From the IMG/VR virus record IMGVR_UViG_3300009702_000016, positions 1 to 64,000 of that record: a stretch of 64,000 nt of DNA. One strand, written 5' to 3'. Shown piece after piece: positions 53,627 through 62,318 of this stretch. Below the pieces are notes generated by a model, which worked only from the letters and a program-made list of their open reading frames with translations, was not told where the DNA came from and did no database searches. Position 1 is the stretch's first letter; every line of letters begins with the position of its first letter. Source of the stretch: a virus. The translations under genes were made by a program, and so were the position numbers.

Positions 53627-53893
53627 GGACCGCCGAAAAACCCAATGATTTCAACAACCGTGTCAAGGGAAGTAGTGATCTTTTCTCTATAAAAAAATCG
53701 TCAATGATTTCAGTCACTTACAACTTTTTTTGCGTTCGATGTCGTTTTTTTCCTTATTTGGCAAACCTGAATTGTAAAAATGAGTTACTCACTCAGTAGC
53801 TCGTTCAACCCATTTAGGGAGGCCCGGGATCCAATATTCTATCAATGTTATTAACTACCAACTAGTCCGGCTACTCCCCGCTCCCCGCTCCCT

Positions 53894-54025
53894 CACTGAT
53901 GATAGTATGCCAGTGTCCCCACTGATGATAGTATGCCAGTGTCCCCACTGATGATAGTATGCCAGTGTCTCTACTTCCCACTCCCTCACTAGAGTCAATA
54001 AGATAGTATGCCAGTGTCCCCACTG
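53894..54025. repeat. 26-bp tandem repeat x3 plus one partial copy
   Basis: CACTGATGATAGTATGCCAGTGTCCC starting at 53894, 53920 and 53946; partial copy at 54002-54025. Confidence 0.92.
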
Positions 54026-54026
54026 A

Positions 54027-54130
54027 CTACTGACTACTCTCTACTCCCACACCGCCATACTATCCTATCCCCTACTGACTACTCTCTACTGACTACTCTC
54101 TACTCCCACACCGCCATACTATCCTATCCC
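54027..54130. repeat. 45-bp direct repeat x2
   Basis: CTACTGACTACTCTCTACTCCCACACCGCCATACTATCCTATCCC at 54027-54071 and 54086-54130. Confidence 0.9.
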
Positions 54131-54242
54131 ACTGACTCCTCCCTCCCACTGTAGAAATCACTCCTTGATAGTTAGACCCTCTATTGTCCCTGACTACTCT
54201 ACTCGGAGCCACTACAGGCCTAGCTCACCAGGAGAGACTACT

Positions 54243-54497
54243 GTGGATATAGTTGAGATCGATGATCAAGATGCAGATCAATTACTAGCAGTGATTGATT
54301 ACGTCAGAAAGAAATTGAAGGAAGACGAGGAGACAGAGGATGAGGAGACAGTGTACGTCATCCCCTTCGTCAAAGGACTTATCAAGTCACTTGTGGAGGA
54401 CCGCCTAGGGGAAACCTATGAGCTGGGTACCGTGACGTTAGAGAACGACGAGGAAGAAGAGGGAGGGGACCTCTTTGATGAGTTCGACTTTGAGTAG
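54243..54497 (+). CDS. Small highly acidic protein
   Basis: GTG start preceded by AGGAG. Confidence 0.6.
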   Translation: MDIVEIDDQDADQLLAVIDYVRKKLKEDEETEDEETVYVIPFVKGLIKSLVEDRLGETYELGTVTLENDEEEEGGDLFDEFDFE

Positions 54498-54554
54498 GTT
54501 TACGTTCTTTCTGAACGTCAACGCAGACAACATTAAACGTAAAGGGTATAGGTT

Positions 54555-55097
54555 ATGACGAACATGAGTGACACTACGACGAATCCTTTCTGGACCCCAA
54601 CAGCAACAGTAACAGACAACACAGACTGTGTGTTGAAGATCGTAGGGACCCTAGAGGAGGAGGCGAGACTGTTCCACATGTCAATTCGGATCGAGGAGGA
54701 CGACCTTGATAAGGTTCTTCTGTACGTCCGAGGAGTCAAGGGGGCCAAGGCCTCTGACGTTCACCTTGAAGAGGGAGGAAATTATCGGGTGGTCATCCTC
54801 CTCTCCCAGGAAAAGGTGGGGAAGATGTTCACGAAGTTCAGGAAGAAGTCCCTGCCCTACACCCTGATCGGGGTTGAGCAGGTTGTAGAGGCTGACTCTC
54901 CCCTGCTCTGGGTTACGACCCAGCCTAATGAGGGAACAGAAGAGGCTACCTCTCCGACTGCGCCTCAGCAGCCCTTGCCTCCCTCCCCCACAACGATCCC
55001 TGGAGGTCCATGGGTCACTCCTTGGGTTGTTTACTCTACCCAGATCCCCGACGCTAGCCAGACGACGCTTCCTCATTCTTCTGCTGTGCGTCTCTGA
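54555..55097 (+). CDS. Hypothetical protein with Pro/Thr-rich tail
   Basis: Protein-like ORF. Confidence 0.6.
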   Translation: MTNMSDTTTNPFWTPTATVTDNTDCVLKIVGTLEEEARLFHMSIRIEEDDLDKVLLYVRGVKGAKASDVHLEEGGNYRVVILLSQEKVGKMFTKFRKKSLPYTLIGVEQVVEADSPLLWVTTQPNEGTEEATSPTAPQQPLPPSPTTIPGGPWVTPWVVYSTQIPDASQTTLPHSSAVRL

Positions 55098-55100
55098 CTG

Positions 55101-55253
55101 ATGACAGTGAAGAAGGACAGGAGCACCCAAGCGAACCGGGACTTCTGGGATGCGGTCGCTCAGGCGGCTGAGATCGTTAAGAACTGGCCTGCGTGGAAGC
55201 GAGGGGAGTCTGTTCCTTCCTCAGAGAAACCTGACCTTGCGAAGAAGGGCTAG
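55101..55253 (+). CDS. Small hypothetical protein (50 aa, not in track)
   Basis: MTVKKDRSTQANRDFWDAVAQAAEIVKNWPAWKRGESVPSSEKPDLAKKG; starts 3 nt after the previous stop. Confidence 0.55.
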   Translation: MTVKKDRSTQANRDFWDAVAQAAEIVKNWPAWKRGESVPSSEKPDLAKKG

Positions 55254-55344
55254 CCTAGGTCGCTGTGTCGTCCCTCTGGGCGGTTCTGTACAAGCATGGC
55301 ATGGTAGGGCGTTTCCTGCCGTACAGGCCCCTGGAGGTCCTTCT

Positions 55345-55524
55345 ATGAGTAAAGTCGAAACCATTCGTAACCCCTCTGCGTTCTTCTTTAAGATTGCGGA
55401 CATCCTGGATAATCGCGATGACTGGTCAGAGGACCAGTTCAAGTCCGTAGACAAGGCGATTGATAAGTGCGAGTCGCTTGCCAATCTGTGTGAGACTCGG
55501 GGCTATACCTCACTTAAGGCTTAG
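55345..55524 (+). CDS. Small hypothetical protein (59 aa)
   Basis: GGAGGT SD before MSKVETIRNP. Confidence 0.6.
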   Translation: MSKVETIRNPSAFFFKIADILDNRDDWSEDQFKSVDKAIDKCESLANLCETRGYTSLKA

Positions 55525-55745
55525 TCACCGAGAGAACTGGGTTATTTCTTAGGAAGCACGGAAAACCGCCGTGCTGTCTGTTCGAGACAACCCGACGTTT
55601 CCTAGTATTAGATGCCTCGTGACGAATTTGAGAGCGGAACGAGTCATCCCACAGTCTAATATAGTCTTTAGGCCCGTAACTAAGAATGGCCTCCCATAAA
55701 AAACTTCGGGGTGACCCGACATTAGTTCCTGAGAAGGGATAGAGC

Positions 55746-56258
55746 ATGAGTAAACGAGCAGATTCCCTCCAGCGCATTCGTGACTGGGTTAGTTCGATGG
55801 GCGGGGAGCGTAAGCCTGACCTGGCCGTTTTGGATGACCTCATCCAGGAAGAGAGACTTCGTGACTCGTATGTGGCTTCCCAGGATTCTCATCTTGCACG
55901 GAAGGAGCTTGAGACCACGGTATTCTACTTCGGGTGCATAAGAGAAGTGGGGCACTACGTTCACGATGTCTGGGGCCATCGCCGCTACAGCGATGTGGAT
56001 CATCCCTGGTGTGGGGCACTCGACGCAAAGCTCACGCCTCAGGAGAAGAGACAGGTGGAAGGCCTTGCTGTTCTTCATCACTCGGGGGACTGGACCGCGA
56101 TTGGCTTTTGGGACAGGACCGTGGACAAGCGATCCGGTGCAAACTCTGCTTTTCTGATTAACCGAAAAGACCTGTCCTTTGAGCAGGCCGTTGAGCTTTC
56201 TCGCCGTGCCTTTCCCAATGTTTGGGCTCGGTTTCCCTTCGAGGTACGACAGCAGTGA
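55746..56258 (+). CDS. Hypothetical protein
   Basis: FYFGC...GHY...WTAIGFWDRTVDKRSGANSAF...FPNVW pattern; AAGGGA SD. Confidence 0.65.
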   Translation: MSKRADSLQRIRDWVSSMGGERKPDLAVLDDLIQEERLRDSYVASQDSHLARKELETTVFYFGCIREVGHYVHDVWGHRRYSDVDHPWCGALDAKLTPQEKRQVEGLAVLHHSGDWTAIGFWDRTVDKRSGANSAFLINRKDLSFEQAVELSRRAFPNVWARFPFEVRQQ

Positions 56259-56265
56259 GGATTCT

Positions 56266-56955
56266 CTAGGCCGCCTTGGCCTCTTGCGCTGACCTGGCCT
56301 CAATCTGTTCGAACGTCTTCATCGCGGCGGGCGCGGATCCTAGGAGGTTTGCAGTTGTGCTCGCCATTTGTCCGTAAGCGGGAGCCCCCTTCTTGGCTAT
56401 GCTATGGAGTGCGGGTGTCTTCCCTACGTCTAGGGCGAGTCTCTTGACCTTGTCAGGGGCGGTCACAGGAACATTCCCGGAGAACATTCCTCCTATTCCT
56501 TGGATGTATCTCATGACTTCCTTTCCGTAGGTATGTGCGAACTCTACGAAAGCCTTGAGCACAGTTTTGATTTCCTTTCCGTGCTTCAGAACGAACTCAG
56601 CGATCTTTCCTAGCTTTCCTTCCTTCGACGCTATTTTAAGCAGCCACCTTAGAACCTTTCCTCCTTTTCCCACAGCGTCACCCGCCTCTGGGATCATGGA
56701 GATTACAGACATCGCTGCTCCGAAGAAGTCTCCTCTGGCGAGTGAGATTAGCGCATTCGCTCCGTCCGCAAACTCCCCTACTCCTGGGATAAACCCTGCT
56801 GCGTCGAGGGCAACTTGGCCTGCGTCTGCGAGGCTCCCTCCGATCCCTGCTTTTCTGACTATCGCTGCGCTTCGAACCAGCCTCCTTTTGATGACTGGAT
56901 TATCCGTATGGGAAGCTGCGAGTAGCAGTCGGTAGGTTGGGTTGTTCTTGGTCAT
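56266..56955 (-). CDS. Protein with a Gly/Ala-rich hydrophobic hairpin resembling polymorphic-toxin pre-toxin regions
   Basis: LDAAGFIPGVGEFADGANALISLARGDFFGAAMSVISMIPEAGDAVGKGGK. Confidence 0.65.
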   Translation of the reverse strand: MTKNNPTYRLLLAASHTDNPVIKRRLVRSAAIVRKAGIGGSLADAGQVALDAAGFIPGVGEFADGANALISLARGDFFGAAMSVISMIPEAGDAVGKGGKVLRWLLKIASKEGKLGKIAEFVLKHGKEIKTVLKAFVEFAHTYGKEVMRYIQGIGGMFSGNVPVTAPDKVKRLALDVGKTPALHSIAKKGAPAYGQMASTTANLLGSAPAAMKTFEQIEARSAQEAKAA

Positions 56956-57416
56956 CGGAGTTTGTTTTTGTCGAGCCAGTATTCGTCTGCGTACTGTGCC
57001 ATTCCTGCTGCATCTTTCTTGTGCACGCTGTCTAGCTCATCAAATAACTCCTCCCAGTTTTCTTTCTTGGTCTTGTTCCACCAGTTCTTCCATTGCGCAG
57101 CAGTGAACTGGGCTACATCTACAGCTTCGTGCTCCTTGGCTAGAATGACGATCCTTCCTAGCATTTGGTTTATGATCTCCGCGAGTACTGACTGTCCCCT
57201 ATTCCGCACCATGAACCTTTCCATAACGATGTAGTCTGGGCTAGTTCTTTTAAGTAACTCTATGAAATCATTTATGAACTCTGCGTCGTCATTTACGTTA
57301 GCAAGAGGAGTTACCCACCCCGATTCAGTCGTCTCCCCATTAACCCGAAGTACCCAGGCAAAGTTAACTTTACCTGGGTCCATGGCTAATATTCTCCTGT
57401 TTTCTTTAGTCTTCAC
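56952..57416 (-). CDS. RuvC-like Holliday junction resolvase
   Basis: ILAMDPGKVNFAW, IVMERF, A.QWK and HKKDAAGMA motifs. Confidence 0.82.
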   Translation of the reverse strand: MKTKENRRILAMDPGKVNFAWVLRVNGETTESGWVTPLANVNDDAEFINDFIELLKRTSPDYIVMERFMVRNRGQSVLAEIINQMLGRIVILAKEHEAVDVAQFTAAQWKNWWNKTKKENWEELFDELDSVHKKDAAGMAQYADEYWLDKNKLR

Positions 57417-57804
57417 CTAGTTTTTCTAGTGTATCGTCGTAATCTAGGAAGAATTCGTTTTGGTCCTTGATCTTTATAAGCTCCTCTGCGGCTATCCCCA
57501 CGACCTCGCTCTCGCTCCATTCATCAACAAAGCCATCAATGGCCTGGTCTGTGTCCTCTAATCTCTTTGACATTGCTGCGTATCTTGATCGTACCGAGGA
57601 TAGAAGTTTCTGGTTCTTCTGGGCCGCTTCCGTGACCCAGTTACGATACTTCTCCTCTAATCGCACTCGTGTTTGAAGCTCGTTTAGCTTAGTGAGAAAT
57701 ATTTCACGTATGATGTGCGTGATGTCAATTTCCCTCTTAACTTCTTTGCTTCTTACATCGAGTACGTAGGAGCCGTCCTCATGCTGTCGAAGTCGTATGT
57801 CCAT
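57406..57804 (-). CDS. Coiled-coil hypothetical protein
   Basis: Packed ORF. Confidence 0.65.
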   Translation of the reverse strand: MDIRLRQHEDGSYVLDVRSKEVKREIDITHIIREIFLTKLNELQTRVRLEEKYRNWVTEAAQKNQKLLSSVRSRYAAMSKRLEDTDQAIDGFVDEWSESEVVGIAAEELIKIKDQNEFFLDYDDTLEKLGED

Positions 57805-57818
57805 GGTAGTGGTGCTTA

Positions 57819-58217
57819 TCAGTAGTTTCGCATCTGGTCAGGTGTGAATCGTGGACCTCCGCCCTCTGTTACAATGATAAGCTTTCTGAAGATTAGGTCG
57901 CCAAGAGCATCCTTGACAAACTGATCGATTTTCTTCATTACCTCCGCTTGCAAAACTACTCCATCAAAGGGTATGATGATGCTTGCACCATGTGAGGGTA
58001 TGGATCGTTGAACCGACCCAAATCTTCCATTGGACCTGAACCCTGTCCTTCTAGACTGGTCGCTTCTGGACACAAATCCTAGATTCGAAGACCCAAACAT
58101 TTTGTTCCCTACTACGATTACAGCGCGATCTGGAACCGTAAGGGCTACGGCTGTGGCCGGAGCGTCATCAGGTGGGATGCCGGTAGGATCCGCTCTCTTT
58201 ATTTCTAGTGTTGCCAT
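57819..58217 (-). CDS. Hypothetical (possibly structural) protein
   Basis: AGGAG SD. Confidence 0.65.
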   Translation of the reverse strand: MATLEIKRADPTGIPPDDAPATAVALTVPDRAVIVVGNKMFGSSNLGFVSRSDQSRRTGFRSNGRFGSVQRSIPSHGASIIIPFDGVVLQAEVMKKIDQFVKDALGDLIFRKLIIVTEGGGPRFTPDQMRNY

Positions 58218-58219
58218 AG

Positions 58220-58411
58220 CTACTCCTTTTGTGTCCTAATTTTTGCAGTGGGTGGTGGCCATTCTACATGTGTTTCATCAATGTAGGACCGATCTTCTAG
58301 AGACATCGCTTGCCATAGTAAGTCCATTTCCGTTAGTATCTTGTCCTCAGCAGCTCTGTTGCTCTTAAGCTTTTCTAGAAGCTGGGCGTATCTTTTCGCT
58401 AACTTTGACAC
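58220..58411 (-). CDS. Small hypothetical protein
   Basis: TAGTG-coupled GTG start. Confidence 0.55.
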   Translation of the reverse strand: MSKLAKRYAQLLEKLKSNRAAEDKILTEMDLLWQAMSLEDRSYIDETHVEWPPPTAKIRTQKE

Positions 58412-59541
58412 TATACTTCACGTTTTGGTGTACTTACATCCGTTTGTCCTGGAGTAGTTACATGTGGGCCGTCTGGGGTTGATGTTTCTGCTCTATCCCC
58501 AGGTAGTCTGAGGTGGTTCGCGTTGCTCTTTTGTACGAACAGCTCGTTTTCTTTGTCTGTCTGTATGCTCTTAATATAATCAGGTAGAATCTTGTCAGTT
58601 ACCTTCCCAAGAGGAACAATCGAGTATCGATCATACGATTGAACGATTCGAGCTGTTACGTCCCACGACGTTAGGATTCCGCTGGGCTTGTTATCTTGCG
58701 CAGTGATAATTTTCCATCGAGTGCCGTCTAGTGTGTTGTACAGCCAGTCGTCCGTAGTGAGGTTTTTCAGGGTATTGTCCAACCAAAACCTCTGGCTACT
58801 GAAGCTCTCGTAGATTCCAAGTTCCTCTAGCGTGAGGCTTTCTTCTACTCTTGGTATGTTGACACGAAGTGCTGTTTCTGGAATTAGTCTATACGCGATT
58901 CTTATCGTAACCACCTTAGGAAGTGCTGCGTGAGGGGACACACGCTTCATCACTATTTTAAGCTGAACCTTTTGCTGTCCAAGACGAACCCCTAGTGACT
59001 CTTCTGTGAGTACCGAGTAGTCAGTTTCTGATGGGGATTTAATGTAGTAATAGACGTTTGTTCCCTCTGGCGCATAGTCTTTTATGCTCAGCGTGTCTAG
59101 TATTCCTACATTACTTTGAATTGGAACCTCAAAGTCTAGCGTACCATACACTGCGGACTTAATCAGTGACCAGAAGGTAGGTCTAGTCGGTTGGTTATAG
59201 TCTGGCGTAGTGTTTGCGCAGGACACGTTAGGGTAGGTTACATCGAAGACTACCGTTTTCGTTCCTCTCTTGTTGAACCCCCCAACGACTCCTGTGCCAA
59301 AGCATACGGGACAGATTCCTGCGGGCTCTGTCTCTACCTCAAAGCACGAGCATCTTCTTCCTGTCTTGAGTCTTTGGAAGTACTCAAAGTACACAGGGTT
59401 TACATTGGACGCATTTTGGCTTAGACGAGCGATTATGGGAACAAGGTCTTCCCTCGCCTGCCTTTGGGGCAAGTCACCGAGAATGTCGGTATTCGACGTC
59501 ACTCTGTCATCGTCCATAGGACGGTATCCCTGCGCACCCAC
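58411..59541 (-). CDS. Putative head-closure/neck protein with Zn-binding CxC...CxxC.GTG motif
   Basis: RRCSCF...CPVCFGTGVVGGF followed by beta-rich domains; the pattern is recalled from jumbo-phage neck proteins. Confidence 0.55.
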   Translation of the reverse strand: MGAQGYRPMDDDRVTSNTDILGDLPQRQAREDLVPIIARLSQNASNVNPVYFEYFQRLKTGRRCSCFEVETEPAGICPVCFGTGVVGGFNKRGTKTVVFDVTYPNVSCANTTPDYNQPTRPTFWSLIKSAVYGTLDFEVPIQSNVGILDTLSIKDYAPEGTNVYYYIKSPSETDYSVLTEESLGVRLGQQKVQLKIVMKRVSPHAALPKVVTIRIAYRLIPETALRVNIPRVEESLTLEELGIYESFSSQRFWLDNTLKNLTTDDWLYNTLDGTRWKIITAQDNKPSGILTSWDVTARIVQSYDRYSIVPLGKVTDKILPDYIKSIQTDKENELFVQKSNANHLRLPGDRAETSTPDGPHVTTPGQTDVSTPKREV

Positions 59542-59605
59542 GGCATTTCCTCGGTCTAGATTAGCCCTGCTTTTTCTGTACGTTATCTACAGTTCGTACC
59601 TTCAA

Positions 59606-59611
59606 TATAAT
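59606..59611 (+). promoter_or_regulatory. Candidate sigma70-type -10 box
   Basis: TATAAT about 20 nt upstream of ATG 59631, followed by an SD-like AGGGAAG; no consensus -35. Confidence 0.4.
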
Positions 59612-59630
59612 GTAGGGAAGTCTATCTACT

Positions 59631-60767
59631 ATGGCCATTTCTCCCCAAAGGGCGGTTCGAGGAACTCCTACGGTGTTCGAGCAGTTATTTGCTGACACGG
59701 ATGGTACTCCTCTTTCTCCCATTGACCCTAGTGCCTATCCTTAGGTGTCTATCGTCTCGCCATCTGAGGAAGTAATACAGTCCGGCGTGGCTGTGTCAGC
59801 TGGTGACGGTCGTTGGAGATTCACCTGGTTTGTTCCTGCTGACGCAGAGATGCTAGGCCCAGACAATCCTTGGAGGATTGACTGGCTAATGGCCACTGCG
59901 GGCGGAAGACAAATTGAGCTTCAGACTAACTTCTTCCTGATTGACAACATTGAGGCCACTCCTGACGAGCGTGCCTATACCAATCTAACTTACAAGGGAA
60001 ACTCAGAGCGTGCTCTGATAAAGTTCAAGAACGCACAGGAGTCTGTTAGCGTCACTTTAATGGACCAATCAGGAGCGGAAACGGACCTATCTTCTACCCT
60101 CCAGACGATACAGAGTGACGGCTTCTATAACTATTTCGTTGATACTCCTGTTTTAGACACATCAGGTTGCTATATCGTTGTGTGGAACACTAGACAGACT
60201 TCTGTTTCCCCTAACTCTACGATGGTCCAGCAGATCCGTGTTCCAGAGATGAACTTTTGGTTTGTTCAGCCAAGCTTGCGCATGCTTTTGGACAAGATTC
60301 AGAAGAAGATAGGACATGTCCAGTCGTATTCGGATGCTGACCTTTACGAGTATATCCTTCGAGGAACTGAGTACATCAATGCTGTGAACCCTATCACAGG
60401 ATGGACGTTCACTAATTGGCCGTCCAGCTACGGCATGGGGAACTTTCTCCTAATGGCCTCTGCCTGGTGGGGATTAAACGCTCAATACCTGTCAGAGGCC
60501 GAGGCTTCGTTCAATTTCAGCGGCCAGACGGTCACGCTTCAGGTAGATAGAACTGCGCATTATGAGGCAGCAATGAACCGCCTGCAAACGTACCTGGATA
60601 AGGAACTTCAGCACACAAAGAGAAACATGCTCCGCAGAGTGAGCGTGGGCGCTATTTCTACTCGTCCCTATGACTTCGGACTTCAGAGCCTTGTAACAAA
60701 GGTTCAGACTGTAAACGGTGGACAGAATCAGGTTCTTCCTCTATTTAGCAGATTAGGGTTGGTTTGA
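59631..60767 (+). CDS. Putative head-tail adaptor/neck protein (Ig-like N-terminal domains plus helical adaptor domain); contains an in-frame TAG at 59742-59744
   Basis: LRMLLDK...YSDADLYEYI...INAVNP...FNFSGQTVTLQVDR. The frame is open from ATG 59631 except for one TAG just before the track start at 59745. Confidence 0.65.
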
Positions 60768-60768
60768 T

Positions 60769-61197
60769 ATGGCTTCTGAGAAAGAACCAAAGGCTTGGTA
60801 CGTTAAGGTAGGCGGCATTGCTGGCTCTGTAATGGCCGTTGGTGGCTTAGTGTGGGCGGTTGTTGGGGCCATCATGTGGGCTGGCGCATTTGCCGCCAAC
60901 GTTAGATCGTTGACCTCTGACGTACGCGCCATGAAGACAAGCATATCAGACCTAAATAGTTCTGTGATACAGAAAATGGAGGCGTCCAAGGACCGAGATG
61001 AGCAGAGGTTCAGGGATATGGAGGCTACCGAAGCTGGTCTTGCCCTAGCAGTGGAGAGGGTACGAACTGAGGTTCGTGTTCGTCACTCCCTGCCTTCTTC
61101 TCCCCTGGAACGAAGGTCTGCTGTGGCAGATGCAGAGTCTAGAACGAATGATGCAGTTACTAGGGCTATGGTACAGGTAGATCCCCAAGTCCCATGA
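60769..61197 (+). CDS. Membrane-anchored coiled-coil protein (holin/spanin-like topology)
   Basis: Hydrophobic VGGIAGSVMAVGGLVWAVVGAIMWAGAFAA followed by a heptad region. Confidence 0.6.
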   Translation: MASEKEPKAWYVKVGGIAGSVMAVGGLVWAVVGAIMWAGAFAANVRSLTSDVRAMKTSISDLNSSVIQKMEASKDRDEQRFRDMEATEAGLALAVERVRTEVRVRHSLPSSPLERRSAVADAESRTNDAVTRAMVQVDPQVP

Positions 61198-61391
61198 GAC
61201 TAAAAGTAACAATAGGAAAGTATGACCTAGATATGAGTGGGTCGAGAGAGGACCTAATTCTTTCCGTAAAAAGACTCATTCCACTCCTTAGTGAGGGTAT
61301 AGAGATTTCTGATGAGTCAGGTTCTTCTATTGAGGATGCTAAGGTAAAACTTCTAAGCCCACAACAGTGGAGCGTAATAAGAAACGAATAG
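61194..61391 (+). CDS. Small hypothetical protein
   Basis: ATGA-coupled start. Confidence 0.55.
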   Translation: MRLKVTIGKYDLDMSGSREDLILSVKRLIPLLSEGIEISDESGSSIEDAKVKLLSPQQWSVIRNE

Positions 61392-61489
61392 CCTAACTCT
61401 TACTTTGTCTTCCTCAGCGTCTTAGTCATCTTATCTACTCGGTTATCTAACGTTATCATCGTGGTTACACACTAATCTTGGAGAAGACA

Positions 61490-61861
61490 ATGCCCACACT
61501 TTCAGTTACAAACCTAACCTCCTCTAGACTGCCAGTCGGTAAGTTTGTTGGAATCCTTTCCCCGAACGAACTCAAGACTATCGATCTCACATCGAATGAG
61601 ATCGAAATGTCCAAGGATCAGCTTGTTGGCTTAGCGGCAGCAGGCCACATTTCCTGGGACGTAACTAGCACAGCTTCAGAGGCCGACAACAAGGCTGAGG
61701 CTGTTATGGGAGGCGCTATTCTACTGAGCGGCTCAGGCACACCTGAAGCAGCTGTAGTTGCTCCTGTTGGGGCTGCTTATTTGCGCACGGATGGCGGCTC
61801 GGGAACAACTCTTTATGTAAAGGAGTCAGGAACTTCGGATACGGGCTGGGTCGCAAAGTAA
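61490..61861 (+). CDS. Small virion fibre/decoration-like protein
   Basis: C-terminal GSGTPEAAVVAPVGAAYLRTDGGSGTTLYVKESGTSDTGWVAK, a motif common at phage fibre termini; GGAG SD. Confidence 0.65.
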   Translation: MPTLSVTNLTSSRLPVGKFVGILSPNELKTIDLTSNEIEMSKDQLVGLAAAGHISWDVTSTASEADNKAEAVMGGAILLSGSGTPEAAVVAPVGAAYLRTDGGSGTTLYVKESGTSDTGWVAK

Positions 61862-61901
61862 TACGATAAGGCTCTAACCCTAACTCTTATAGGACTGTTT
61901 A

Positions 61902-62318
<417 letters not shown>

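Noticed and set aside
53894-54130. CRISPR array
   Set aside because: The repeats are directly tandem with no unique spacers, and no cas genes are present in the window.
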